Positions 12,900 through 25,190 of a stretch of DNA of 64,000 nt are shown one piece after another. Below the pieces are notes generated by a model that did no database searches, was not told the DNA's origin, and was given only the letters and a program-made list of their open reading frames with translations. Origin of the DNA: Negaprion brevirostris (lineage: Eukaryota). The stretch spans positions 60,098,684-60,162,683 of the forward strand of contig JARDVH010000097.1 in NCBI GenBank assembly GCA_030324005.1, written 5' to 3'. The stretch's first letter is position 1; every line of letters starts with the position of its first letter. A program made the translations under genes and the position numbers.

Positions 12900-14215
12900 T
12901 AGCTCCAGTATTTATATTGCTCGACTAGTTAACTTTTTAGTAAATGGTAACTCTCAAGATGTTGATATTGTTGGATTCAGTGGTGGTAATGCCATTGAAC
13001 ATCAAGGAGAGATAGATAGATTCTCTCTTTTCAGAAGTGGTCATTGTCTGGCAACTGTGTGGCAATTGAAAGTAGTCTGATGGGACAGTAACTGGTTGGA
13101 CTGGATTTTTGTAGATAAGACATACCTGGGTAATTTTCCATATTGCTGGATAGATGCCATTGTTCTAGCTTACTGAAGAAGCTCAGTTAAGGGCATAATT
13201 ACATCTGGAACACAAGTCTTCCATGTCACAGCTGGGGATGTTTTCAGGGGCCTTAGTTTTTGCTGTATCCAGTGCCTTCAACTATCTCTATATAATACAT
13301 GAAGTGAATTGCATTGTTTAAACTGGCAACTATGAAGCGAAGACCTCAGGAGGAGCCTGAGATGGATAATTCCTTCAGCACTTATGGCTGAAAATGGTTG
13401 CAAATGCTTCACTCTCATCTTTTGCTGGGCCCCCTTGTCAGTAAGAACATGAATGTTCTTGGAGCTCCTCCTCCAATTGATTGTTTATTTGTCCACCCAT
13501 GTGTCACAATTACAGAGCTTTGATCGGATCCATTGTTGATTGTGGGATCACTGAGCCCTGTCTACCATCATCACATTTTTAAATATGCCTGGTGCTGTTC
13601 CTTTCATGCTGTCTTGTACAGGTCACTGTTTGTTTACAATAGTAGAATGAGTGCTATGATGGGTTATGGAGTACAGATTTGTGTTTGAACACAATTCTTT
13701 TGCTGTTGAAAGCCCAGTGTCTCATGGATGCTCAATTTTAAACTGCTAGATCTTTTCTGAATCTATCCCTCTTAGCATGGTGGTAGTGCCACACAACACA
13801 ATGGAGGCACAATAGGGGATATCCTTAATATGAAGTCACAACTTTGTCTCTACCAGGATTGTGTGATGATCTCTCCTACCAGTACTGTCATGAATAGATG
13901 TATCTGTGACAGGCAGAGATCAAGCGTAGGATCAAGTGTGAGATCAGGTACAATACCTGTTGTTGTCAGCTTGGAACAAGTATGCCTTTTTTGTGAAGAC
14001 AATCAATTGCATTCAATTTGAATTTGAATTATTTTTTGGAGCAATCAAGGAGATGAATTAAGGGTTTGTACATTGTCACTTTGTACATTGTCTTTGTAAC
14101 TCTGAGAAAGGGATTTTTTTTAGCTTTGAGGACAAAAGAGGTCAAATAGATTTTTCACTCTTGTTGGTTCCCTCACCATGTGGCCAAATTTAGTAGTTAT
14201 GTCCTTTAAGTCTCC
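12900..14215 (-). mobile_element. Decayed CR1-superclade LINE, same family as 6655-8748
   Basis: Reverse-complement similarity to 6655-7790 (e.g. gctgtatccagtgccttca, ggttgcaaatgcttca, aatggtaactctcaagatg); an unrelated insert at ~13965-14140. Confidence 0.75.
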
Positions 14216-14231
14216 AGGCAATTAATAACAC

Positions 14232-15428
14232 TGGGGGACTATTTCACATCCAGCCTGAGTTTGCAGGGTGGCTGGAAATGTTCCGGGGGAATGGGGGGAT
14301 GGGGAAGCTTGAAGCTTGAAAAGACATCTGCTCAGACATCAGTCAAGAAAGGAGGAGAGCGTATCCATCAGCAGCCTCCTTTCAACATCAGGCTCTCCCC
14401 CCCAAAATGTCTACTCCCTACAAGTGTTCCATACCCTCCCGACCTCTCACTCAACTACAAGGGACTCACCTTCTGTCCCTGTCCTGACAGCTCCACACTT
14501 ACCTGGTCCTAGATTCCCAGGATCTGGGTCAATCTTCTGCTCCTGCTGCTGGTGAGCTTGGAGATGGGGAGGGTATTTCATCTGATGGGATGATGACATA
14601 TCGTAACTCATGACTTGCCCACCTGCACCAGAATGAAGTTTAGAATGGGAAGGCCCATGCTTGAATTTCCTGGCCAATTAATGACAACTTAAGGACCTCA
14701 TCCTGTCACCACATATCTTATTCCAGCTGCAGATGGGCCTGTTGTCATGTGGTATGCATGGCAGCTCAAACTGTGCAGTCAGCTTGTCAGCCCTGGGGTT
14801 TGGGGAAGTGATCCCTCAATCCCTTGATCTAGGAACTCATGAGGGAGTTGCTGAGAGCCACACCTGATCTTATTGCTGATGGTCCATCCCACACCCCTCT
14901 CCTTGTGACACTACCCTTCCATGTGGTCCTGGTGAGCAGAAGAGCTGCCAGCATCTGATTGGTCAGCAACACTCAGTAGGCATGACTTCTGCTTCTGGGG
15001 TCTTGATTCCAGGACAAGTTCCGTTGCTAGCCATGTCATTACCTGGCTGGAATGTGGGTTGGCAAGTCTTCCCTAAAAGAGGCAATGTGAGTATCTCACC
15101 AGCTCTCCAGCTGATTGACAAGACCTCTCCCTAAAGATTCAGCAAGTTTCTGCTCTGGGCTCTGGGGATATTTGCGGTTCCAATCCTGTTCACTGCAGCT
15201 TCTGGTGCTTTTGGGACTAGGTTAGCTGACAACTCTCTGAGCTGAGATTTTCTCCTGATTGAGGGGTAGAAGTTGCACCTCCAATCAATTAATGCTCATT
15301 AGAGTCATAAATAGCTACGGTGCAACCAACTCCTCAGATGTCAGAAAGTGAACATCTTTCATCCTAAACATCTTGGCCATTCTTTAGTAGGCAACTAAGA
15401 TGCTAAAGTGCAGAAAAAGCAGCCCATA
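14232..15428. mobile_element. Unclassified GC-richer repeat, probably non-autonomous Harbinger-type DNA element(s)
   Basis: Abrupt GC-rich block starting ggggactatttc and ending gaaaaagcagccc; same style as the MITE termini; no coding capacity. Confidence 0.4.
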
Positions 15429-16044
15429 TTACTTAACATACCTAATAACCCCTATACCACCTTCATATGCCACAATCTTTGCTGAAATGCGGTCTTACTT
15501 TCAAAGTTATGAACCTCTCTAACACTTTTCACAGGCTGTCTTCTCCCTGTTACATGAAAACAAGTCTTTTAGCATCCTTTTTATAATTCAATCCTCCTGA
15601 ACATAATTAAATTGACTCCCAGCAGCAAGGCACCCACTGGTAAATTCTCAGTCTTTATATTCCTACATGGCCCATCTCTACAAATTGGGAATCCATTCTC
15701 ACTATCATTCTGTTCTAACAGACATTGGTTCACTTCTTCTCTATCTCTCCCTCTCTCCAGGTTCTTTTGATCTGATTACCAAAAGCTATGTTCAGGCTTT
15801 AAACCAGGCACCTGACTTTCAATAAGACTTGACCTGGACCCCACAGTTAGACGAGGCAGGCTTGTCATTGACTGGAAGCAGGAGTACGTCACTGTGTCTT
15901 TATAACTGCACACTTTGACATTGAATTAAAGACATTGTTTAAAATATAATTATCTTATATCTAGTTTTTTTTTAAGCGTATCTTCACACACATCTTTTTC
16001 CCTTTGGAGAATAATGGAAAAATGGTGGAAGGATCCCTGAGCTG

Positions 16045-16582
16045 ATTATCAGCCCATTGAATAAAGTCTAGTGACAATTAGGCTCAAGAAGGAGTTTCAG
16101 GATTTGGGTCTAATGACGATGTAGTTCCAAATTAGGTTATTCAGTAACCTGGAGGGGAAGTTGCAGATGATGGTGTTCCAATGCTTCTGCTGCCCTTGTG
16201 CTGCTAGGTGCTAGAAATCACAGGTTTGGAAGCTGCTGTTGAAGGATCCTGAGCAAGTTGGTCCAGTGCATTTTGTGATGGTACACACTAACATCTGTGC
16301 ACAAATATTGGACAGAATGTTAAATATGGTGACTGAGGTGCCAATCAAGCAGCCTGCTTTGCCTTGGATAGTGGCCAGCGTCTTAAGTATTGTTTGAGCT
16401 GCATTCACCCAAGCAAGGGGAATGTATTCAATCACACTGCTCACTTGTACCTTATAGATGATGGACAGGCTTGGAGAGTCAGGAGGTAAGTTACTCACCG
16501 CAGAATTCCAAGCCTCTTTCCTTCTCTAGTAGCCATCCGATTTATATGGCTGTTTCAATTAAGTTTCTGGTTCATGGTTTCG
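16045..16582 (-). mobile_element. CR1-superclade LINE 3' portion (same family as 6655-8748)
   Basis: Minus ORF LSIIYKVQVSSVIEYIPLAWVNAAQTILKTLATIQGKAGCLIG is LINE ORF2 C-terminal-like and homologous to 7935-8370. Confidence 0.85.
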
Positions 16583-17464
16583 GGTTTAAATGATATACAT
16601 TTAAATTGGTTTACGAAAGTCTTCTGCCATTAGCAGAAGTCTGGAGCATATTTTCTACGTGAGTGCCCACCCTCAGGATTCAAAATCCCAAGTTCCTTTC
16701 AGTATATCAAATGGCACTCAGATCTGTGCCTTGTACATTCTGGTTATTGTTCTCCAACACTGAGAAGAAGACCAGAGTTGCAGCTGCAAACTGCTCACAG
16801 ACCTCTGTTCCTGACCACAGGTCCAGAAAGTGTCAAATAGTGTGCTTGAATTATTCTGATGATTGCGTTTACCAAACTTCTGCAGTGATGTGAAAGGAGA
16901 TGAAGACATGAAATTTATGGTGGCCTTGATGAGCATGCCATCACATGTTTCAGTTTACCTTCAAGGCTTGAGGTTCTGGTAGCAGCGTTCCTCTGTTATT
17001 TCGAGCCAGTGGTGTTCTAATCTTATATTGCAATGGGTAGCATAGTGGCAGGTACTTTGATGCCATCTGACATCACTGGCAGCCTTCCTGTGCTCCTACT
17101 CACCCTCCTCCATTAAATCCTGCTCAACATCAACTTGAACATTCTAAGATCATTTCCCCTCTCATGTTGACTCTGGTCAATGTCTCATGTTGCATGTAAC
17201 AGTTTGTAATATACGGACTTAGATGCGAGATTAACAGGTTTGTAATGTTTATCATCATTGTCTAAAGCCAATAATGTGCACTAATACAAATACTCCATGT
17301 CCCACCTCACCACACGTCTTTGTCCCACAAAGAGAGAATTCCACTCACAAAGCAGACTCTGTTGGGGCCATTGAAAACCAATACTAACTGACGAGGAACT
17401 GGCTTGACTTTTAACACACATCTTAAACAATATGAGCCAGGGTACTTCAAGTCAGTGATACCAA

Positions 17465-17800
17465 TGACTAAAGCATCTTTAATGTAGTAAAATATACCAA
17501 AGGATCTCAGAAAGATAAGCACATATTCTGAGCATTGGGAGGTAGTTAGGGGAAGTGATCAAAGGCAATTAAAAGGTGTCTTTTAAAGAGGGGAGAGATG
17601 TAGCAAAACAAAATGGCTCAGAAAAGGAGATCCCGCTTTTAATGTTAATATGGATGCAGGCATCCTTATAGAAGACTGAATGGGTGAATTGAATGAGAAG
17701 TAGGAAGAGTAGGGTAAATGCTAGCACATTTTGAAGCAACTAAACTGGATGTTAAATTGAGAAACATCTTCCTGATCCAAAACAAGCAGACAGATGTTGG
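17465..17800 (-). mobile_element. L2-like LINE 3' end, highly decayed
   Basis: gcatctttaatgtagtaaaatataccaaaggatctc...gggaggtagttaggggaagtgatcaaagg...ttttaaagaggggagaga resembles an antisense L2 3' end. Confidence 0.5.
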
Positions 17801-17827
17801 GGATGGAGTTGCAGAGATAGACTAGCT

Positions 17828-17940
17828 GAGTGGGATTTTCTGGCTGCACTTGCCCCAAGACTGGAAAATCCCACCCGAGGTCAATCCCGAACTTGGCATG
17901 GTCCATGTCCTGTCCGCAGGTGGAACTGGAAACTCCGCCC
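17828..17940. mobile_element. Palindromic MITE
   Basis: gagtgggattttctgg ... ctggaaaatcccaccc ... ctggaaactccgccc internal and terminal inverted repeats. Confidence 0.65.
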
Positions 17941-18570
17941 CATTTGTGTAAATATAGAATTCAGTCCTATGTCTATGATGTTGCTGTGTACAAGGGCCCA
18001 AGAATGGAAGCTTGGGACATTCATGAGCTAACAATACGGACAGAAAGAGAATCTATTGCAGGAGATGTGATGGGCTATGTTGGAGTCGAGAAAAAACATA
18101 CAACAGTAAGATGGGAAGCATCTACAAAAGCCAGCCTATGCTTAAAAGCAGGTGCTAACAGTACAAGTTGCATGGAAGGTGACCACAAAATGGTTAGGCG
18201 GGGTGACTGTAGAAGGTATAGTGTCTGGGTGCCCTTCAAATATAGTGTCTAGACATTCAACCTCATGAAGTGATGGCAGGGATGGGAACTTCCTGTCTGA
18301 CCCACACCAGGATTGGTGAACTACATGAAGATGCATATTTGATGAGCTAAACAGCACAAAATTGCACATCATCAGCTAGTCCCAGCCCCACCAGGAGAGA
18401 TTAACTTCTGCTTTGGTGCCCAGTACTGAATTTAGACTCCAGAACAGAATGTTGCAGCCAATATTTTTGTTTTAGTTCAGTTGTTGTTAGAGGTGGTGAG
18501 TATTGGGACAGGAAAAAAGATCACTAATGTACATTATTTGTTTTTTTTTAATTAAGTAGGAAAGGAAAGA

Positions 18571-18884
18571 CATAGAATCCTATGGTGCAGAAGGAAACCA
18601 TTCAGCCCATCAAATCTGCACCAAGCATAAGCCTACTCAAGCCCTGACCCCATAACCCCATGTATTTACCCTAACTAGTCCCCCTGATACTAAGGGGTAA
18701 TTTAGCATGGCCAATCCACCTAACCCACACATCTTCGGACTGTAGGAGAAAACCAGAGCACCCAGAGGCAACCCGCTGACATGGGCAGAATGTGCAAACT
18801 CTACACAGACGGTGACCCAGGCAGGGAATTGAACACAGGTCCCTGGCACTGTGAGGCAGCAGTGCTAACCATGAAGCCACCATG
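18571..18884 (-). mobile_element. HE1 V-SINE (CR1-tailed)
   Basis: Full-length reverse-complement copy. Confidence 0.92.
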
Positions 18885-19201
18885 TCGATATAAGAGTATC
18901 TGGAGATTTACATNNNNNNNNNNNNNNNNNNNNNNNNNNNNNNNNNNNNNNNNNNNNNNNNNNNNNNNNNNNNNNNNNNNNNNNNNNNNNNNNNNNNNNN
19001 NNNNNNNNNNNNNNNNNNNNNNNNNNNNNNNNNNNNNNNNNNNNNNNNNNNNNNNNNNNNNNNNNNNNNNNNNNNNNNNNNNNNNNNNNNNNNNNNNNNN
19101 NNNNNNNNNNNNNNNNNNNNNNNNNNNNNNNNNNNNNNNNNNNNNNNNNNNNNNNNNNNNNNNNNNNNNNNNNNNNNNNNNNNNNNNNNNNNNNNNNNNN
19201 N

Positions 19202-19326
19202 ATGTGTAGATTAGAAGGATTAGTGGGTAAATGTGTAGAGATATGGGGGAAAGCCTGGGCAGGACTGTGGTTGGTGCAGGCTTGATGGGCCAAATGGCCT
19301 ATTTCGGTACTGTCGAATTTCTATGA
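19202..19326 (+). mobile_element. HE1 V-SINE 3' part (5' part in gap)
   Basis: ggattagtgggtaaatgtg...ttggtgcaggcttgatgggccaaatggcct tail. Confidence 0.8.
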
Positions 19327-19512
19327 ATAGGATCACCGGAGATGGCAGTAACTTTATGAAAGCAAATGGTTAGATCAAGCTTTGCAAGAAATCTGTTTAT
19401 TAAGTCAGTGACAAATCTCAACAATGACACAGTATTCGACTGTTATTTTCCAATTTTTTAATCAATTATAAAACTAATATTCGTGTTTCCATTTCCCCTG
19501 AATTTCTCTTAG

Positions 19513-19555
19513 GAATTATCGAAGAAAGAGAAAAGCCACATGGAGTATTATCAGA
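19513..19555 (+). CDS. Candidate internal exon ((W)NYRRKRKATWSIIR)
   Basis: Acceptor tttcccctgaatttctcttag|, purine-rich open frame, donor |gtatcctg; phase-compatible with 1326-1377. Unidentified. Confidence 0.2.
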
Positions 19556-19904
19556 GTATCCTGTTTATGTACTGCTCCCTGTAAAATGAAATGAAAAGCA
19601 GTTTGAAAATATGAGCTCCCTTGAAATGCCTTCTGAGAAACAAAGCCTTCATAACTCATGCTTTAACTTATCAAGAATATAAACAATATTGGAATAAGCT
19701 GTCCAGCCAATGACATAAAGCATTTCGATTTGACAAAAGTTTGATTTTTTATTCCGAAATGCAGATATTTATAGTGTTAGTTTTGTTTTTCAGAAAAACC
19801 TCCTTATTTTTTCAGGATGTTAATATTTATTAGTGAACCTCTGCACCTTCAAATAAAGCCATATGCAAAAAAGAAACATTTAACTGTGCAATTGAGGAGA
19901 CTGA

Positions 19905-20290
19905 CATAGAACGTAGAACATAGAACATTACAGTGCAGAACAGGCCCTTCGGCCCACGACGTTGCGCCGACCAGTTAAAAAAGCAATGACCCTCTAACCT
20001 AAACCAATCCCCTTCCATCCATAAACCTATCCACGGACCTCTTAAACGCCCCCAAACTAGGCGCATCTACAACTGCAGCAGGCAGGGCANNNNNNNNNNN
20101 NNNNNNNNNNNNNNNNNNNNNNNNNNNNNNNNNNNNNNNNNNNNNNNNNNNNNNNNNNNNNNNNNNNNNNNNNNNNNNNNNNNNNNNNNATAATTTTTTC
20201 TAAAACCTTGCCCACAACAGAAGTAAGACTCACCGGTCTATAATTCCCGAGGAAGTCTCTGTTCCCCTTCTTAAACAATGGGACAATCCC
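19905..20290 (-). mobile_element. CR1 LINE (3' tail and RT N-terminal part joined across a 100-N gap)
   Basis: (catagaa)n tail and ggcccttcggccc; minus ORF FKKGNRDFLGNYRPVSLTSVVGKVLEKI is the canonical CR1 RT motif. Confidence 0.92.
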
Positions 20291-20297
20291 AAAGACT

Positions 20298-20635
20298 TTT
20301 TAAATTCTTTCATGGGATGTGAGCATCATTGGCAAGGTCAGTATTTGTTGCCCATTCCTAATTACACTTGAGAAAGTGGTGGTGAATTGCTTCTTGAATT
20401 GTTGTAATCCACCTGGTGCGGGTACTCCCATGCTGTTAGGGACGGAGTTCCAGGATGTTGATAGCGAAGTAATATGGTCTTGCTCATCCCAAAACCGTAA
20501 AATCCCACCTGAGATCAATTGACCTTCCCATGGTCCGCTCGTCGCCTGCTCCAATTCCTGTGGTGGGCATGGTGGTAAGATTCCAGCCAAAGTTCCAAGT
20601 CAGGCTGGTGTGTGGCTTGGAGGAGAACTTGTAGG
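20298..20635 (-). mobile_element. CR1-superclade LINE 3' end with a nested MITE (~20475-20588)
   Basis: ttcatgggatgtgagcatcattggcaaggtcagtatttgttgcccattcctaatt is antisense to the tail at 8670-8745; MITE motif gtaaaatcccacctgagatcaa. Confidence 0.8.
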
Positions 20636-20637
20636 TT

Positions 20638-20710
20638 CCAGCACGGTGGCCCAGTGGATAGCACTGCTATTGCACAACGCCAGGGATCTGGGTTCAATTT
20701 TGACCTGAGG
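20638..20710 (+). mobile_element. HE1 SINE 5' head fragment
   Basis: cagcacggtggcccagtggatagcactgctattgcacaacgccagggatctgggttcaatt (A and B boxes). Confidence 0.8.
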
Positions 20711-20712
20711 TG

Positions 20713-21965
20713 AACAAAGAACAAAGAACAAAGAGAAGTACAGTACAGGAACAGGCCCTTCGGCCTTTCAAGCCTGCACCGATCATGGTGCCTGGGCTAA
20801 GCTAAAACTATATGCACTTATGGAGTCCATATCTTTCCAATTCCATTCTAGTCAAGCAATTGTCTAGTTGCCCCTTAAATGCCGCAATTGTATCTGTTCC
20901 TACAACATCCCCAGGTAGCGTGTTCCAGCCATTCACCACCCTCTGTGTAACAAACTTGCCTCACACATTTCCTCTAAACTTTCCCCATGCACCTTAAAAC
21001 TATGTCCCCTAATACTTGACTTTTCTACCCTAGAAAAGACTACCTGACTAGCCATTCTGTCCATGCCATTCATAATCTTGTACACCTCTATCAGGTCACC
21101 CCATAACCACTATCATTCCGGTGAGAACAAACCGAGTTTACCCAATCTCTTCTCAAAGCTAATACTCTCCAGACCAGGCAACATCCTGGTAAACCTCTTC
21201 TGCACTTTCTCCAAAGCATCCACGTCCTTCTGGTAGTGTGGCATCCAGAATTGTACACAGTATTCTAAATGAGACCTAACTAAGATTCTGTATAACTGCA
21301 GCATGACCGGTCAATTTTTATGTTCAGTGCCCTGATCAATGGAGGCAAATATGCCGTGCGTTTTCTTGACTACATTATCCATCTACATTGCCACTTTCAG
21401 TGATCAGTAGACATGTATGCCAGATCTCTCTGCCTGTCAATATGCCTAAGGGTTCTACCATTTGCTATATAATTCCTACATACATTGGACCTTCCAAAAT
21501 GCATTATCTCACACTTGTCTGGATTAAACTCCATCTGCTATTTCTCTGCCCAAGTCTCCATTTGGTCTATATCTTGCTGTATCCCCTGACAGTCTTCTTC
21601 ACAATTCGCAACTCCACCAATTTTTGTGTTGTCTATGAACTTACTAATCAGACCAGCTACATTTTCCTCCAAATCATTTATAAATGCGATGAACTACAAA
21701 GATCCCAGAACTGATCCCGGTGGAACGCCACTAGTCACAGCCTTCCATTCAGAAAAGCACTCCTCTACTGATACCCTCTGCCTTCCATGGCCAAGCCGGT
21801 TCTGCATCCATCTTGCCAGCTCTCCTCTGATCCTGTATAACTTCACCTTTCGTACTGGGTGTACCTTGTCAAAGACTTTACTGAAGTCCATGTATACAAC
21901 AACCACTGCTTTTCCTTATCTGTCACCTTCATCACTTCCTCCAAAAATTCAATCAAGTTAGTGAG
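20713..21965 (-). mobile_element. CR1 LINE, 5'-truncated, with RT domain and 3' tail
   Basis: VVYMDFSKVFDKV, GVPPGSVLG, LYRILVRSHLEYCVQFW...KLGLFS motifs; (aacaaag)n tail. Confidence 0.95.
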
Positions 21966-22011
21966 GCATGACACAAAACTGACCGTACGGAATTTGAGCA
22001 ATCTCCCCACA

Positions 22012-22216
22012 ATTTGACAGTTTCCTCCAGATGCTCCAGTTTCTCCCAAACACCAAAGATGTGTAGATTAGGTGGATTAGCCATGCTAAATTGCCCCTTA
22101 GTGTCAGAGGATTGGCAGGGTAAATACATGGGATTATGGGGATAGAGCCTGGGTGGGATTGTTGTCGGTACAGGCTTGATGGGCTTCCTTCTGCACTGTA
22201 GGGATTCTATGATTCT
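22012..22216 (+). mobile_element. HE1 V-SINE 3' two-thirds
   Basis: V-domain and tail ...ctgcactgtagggattctatgattct. May be the rest of the SINE whose head is at 20638, split by the CR1 insertion. Confidence 0.85.
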
Positions 22217-22244
22217 GTTTCCCGAACTCTTCAATCTTGCCCAC

Positions 22245-22343
22245 AGCCAGGATTTTCCAGTCCCGCTGCTGTGAATGGAAAAACAAATTCCCCATTCCCA
22301 CTTGCAGCAGTTGTGGAGCAAACATGATTGGAGACTTCTGGCC
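22245..22343. mobile_element. MITE
   Basis: TIRs gccaggattttcca ... tggagacttctggc. Confidence 0.55.
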
Positions 22344-22344
22344 A

Positions 22345-22521
22345 GGCTCTTGGTCTATAATATCTCATCCAATAGATGACACATTTGGCAGTGCAGCACT
22401 CCCTTAGTACTGCACTGGAGTGTCAACCTAGACTTTTGTGCTCAAATCTCTGGAATGGGACTTGTATCCACAACTTTCTGACGGAGAAACAAAAGTAATA
22501 TCCATTGAGCCACAGCTGACT
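22345..22521 (-). mobile_element. DeuSINE (SacSINE1-like) 5' half
   Basis: gcagtgcagcactcccttagtactgcactggagtgtcaacctagacttttgtgctcaaatctctggaatgggacttgtatccacaac...gagccacagctgac. Confidence 0.8.
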
Positions 22522-23094
22522 TGATGAGTCAGGCTCAGCATTTTGTAAAGGGGAATAAAAATGCAATCTTAGTTCTGCACAACAAACGCGATGTTTAGCT
22601 ACTGCAATGATTAGAAATGAACTAAATGTAAATCCAAGATGACTATAACAATTTTGAAAGGTACATTACTTTTTTACACTAATAGCAAAATACTGCATAA
22701 ATATATCATTTAGGTCACATTAGCATTAATGATATTAGAAAACAGAAAACAAAAGGAATGGCATAGAGATATATTGTGCTGAATAATATTACCAGTCAAT
22801 TTATCATCAGTTTTGACTGTGACTTGCACAAATTAACACATGCAACAAAGACTAAAGCAAGAAGCTTAATTCAACATGCAATATTTCACTCACAAGATGT
22901 GATGATTGCAAGTTTGCAATCATGTGAAAGTGTTAATTAATATCAACCAAATCTTTGCAAATGAATGACTGTTTGACACTCCTCGATTTTTATTTTCCAT
23001 AATTTTGTTTGCTGGAGCATTATGAACATATAAGACTTTTGTTCATCACCATCCATGAATTCACATGAATAGGAATTGATATAATTTATTTAAT

Positions 23095-23300
23095 TTGGAA
23101 GCTTTCCTTCCACAGCAGGTGGAGGCTGTGAGCTGTGACTGTCAAATCCTGCCAAGGGTGCAGGGCATGACCTGGGAGACACAGCTAAGGAACTGACCTT
23201 GTCACACTTGAACACACACAGCTGCTAACCTACTGCTTGGTCACATTATCTAGTGCAGCGCAATGTCATCTTCCAATTAACTTAGGATAAGAATTATATT
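23095..23300. promoter_or_regulatory. Putative conserved enhancer (CNE-like)
   Basis: Non-repeat, GC-richer island in AT-rich DNA with clustered E-boxes (CAGGTG, CAGCTG), TGTCA (Meis/TGIF), TGCCAA (NFI half-site), TGACCT and TGACCTTG (nuclear receptor) and GATAAG. Confidence 0.35.
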
Positions 23301-24892
23301 GAACCCTAATTTGTAATAATGAATTGTGACAGTTTAGCATGAAAGACAAAGTGAAGTGATTCTTTATTCACAAGCAATGAACAAAACTAAAAACATTAGG
23401 AATAGCAAAAGAAAATAAAAGCATTAAATGTCAAAAGGCATTTTATGTCTCTATTTAATGATAAATTTGTATTAGATGAAATTTGTTTGTAAAGTCATAA
23501 GGTAAGTTTTCTTAAAATTATATTAGCCAACATTATTTTCTTAAATATCTTAATTTATCATTTGTTTTGTTTTTCTTCTTGCCAATGGGAGAATCTTTTC
23601 AAGTCAAAGATCTATTAATTCTGCAGGACTTTGAATTTATATTAGTTGAGTCTCAGATTTGAAAAGTGTTCTTGCTGAATACATTTTTCACAACAATTAA
23701 GATTATTCCTCAGTTTGTAACTAATATTGGAATCAGGGTTTGGGAGATAGAGTTAGAAGTACACCCAGAAGCCAAAAAAAACATATACTTTGCATTGCGA
23801 CATTAGAGAACATGTGTGATCAATTAATCAGTCAAGTAACTAATTTTCACATCATAAAGCAATATATATTCCAATAAATAAAACAACAATCACACTGTTT
23901 GAGTGATGAACGAATAAATGATAATGTTGATTAATATATTATCACATTGGTTGTTGTACTGTTAAAAGATTTTGCTGTACAACTCAGCCATCTTGCATTT
24001 CCTGAACAACAAATGTTGAAATTCAGACAGTGATTTTTAAATACTTCATTGAAATTTATACTGGAATTAAAACTATGCTTTCTGTTACAATAATGACCTA
24101 AAATAATCATAGGAAAACCAAGGTCCTGAGTTACTGAAGTGAAGAATATCATTGAACTTCACTCTGTGTTGAGTTAACTAATTCCACTNNNNNNNNNNNN
24201 NNNNNNNNNNNNNNNNNNNNNNNNNNNNNNNNNNNNNNNNNNNNNNNNNNNNNNNNNNNNNNNNNNNNNNNNNNNNNNNNNNNNNNNNNNNNNNNNNNNN
24301 NNNNNNNNNNNNNNNNNNNNNNNNNNNNNNNNNNNNNNNNNNNNNNNNNNNNNNNNNNNNNNNNNNNNNNNNNNNNNNNNNNNNNNNNNNNNNNNNNNNN
24401 NNNNNNNNNNNNNNNNNNNNNNNNNNNNNNNNNNNNNNNNNNNNNNNNNNNNNNNNNNNNNNNNNNNNNNNNNNNNNNNNNNNNNNNNNNNNNNNNNNNN
24501 NNNNNNNNNNNNNNNNNNNNNNNNNNNNNNNNNNNNNNNNNNNNNNNNNNNNNNNNNNNNNNNNNNNNNNNNNNNNNNNNNNNNNNNNNNNNNNNNNNNN
24601 NNNNNNNNNNNNNNNNNNNNNNNNNNNNNNNNNNNNNNNNNNNNNNNNNNNNNNNNNNNNNNNNNNNNNNNNNNNNNNNNNNNNNNNNNNNNNNNNNNNN
24701 NNNNNNNNNNNNNATGTACATTACAATTCCTTTGGCAAACTGTCCACAAATTAACACAGTAGAAACTTTTAGGTTGAAAATTCTGTGGACTAGGCACAAA
24801 TGGCCAGAAGGTGATTCTCCAACTAAGCAATAGAAAGTTGCAGGATAAAAGTTAATCCAAAGGCTGAAGTTCAGAAAGTGGGGGATAGGAAC

Positions 24893-25190
24893 CACAGAAA
24901 TCGTACAGTACAAAAGGAGGCAATTCGGCCCATTGAGTCTGTATTGGCCACAATCCCACCTAGGCCCTAGCCCTGTAACCCCACACATTTATTCTGCTAA
25001 TCCCCCTGACATTAAGGAGCAATTTAGCATGGCCAATCAACCTAACCCTCACATCTTTCAGACTGTGGGAGCAAACCAGAGGAAACCCACACAGACACAG
25101 GAGAACATGCACAGACAGTGACCCAGGCTGGGAATTGAACCCAGGTTCCTGGACCTGTGAGGCAGCAGTGCTAATCACTGTGCCACCATT
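24893..25190 (-). mobile_element. HE1 V-SINE (CR1-tailed)
   Basis: Reverse-complement copy with small internal deletions. Confidence 0.9.
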
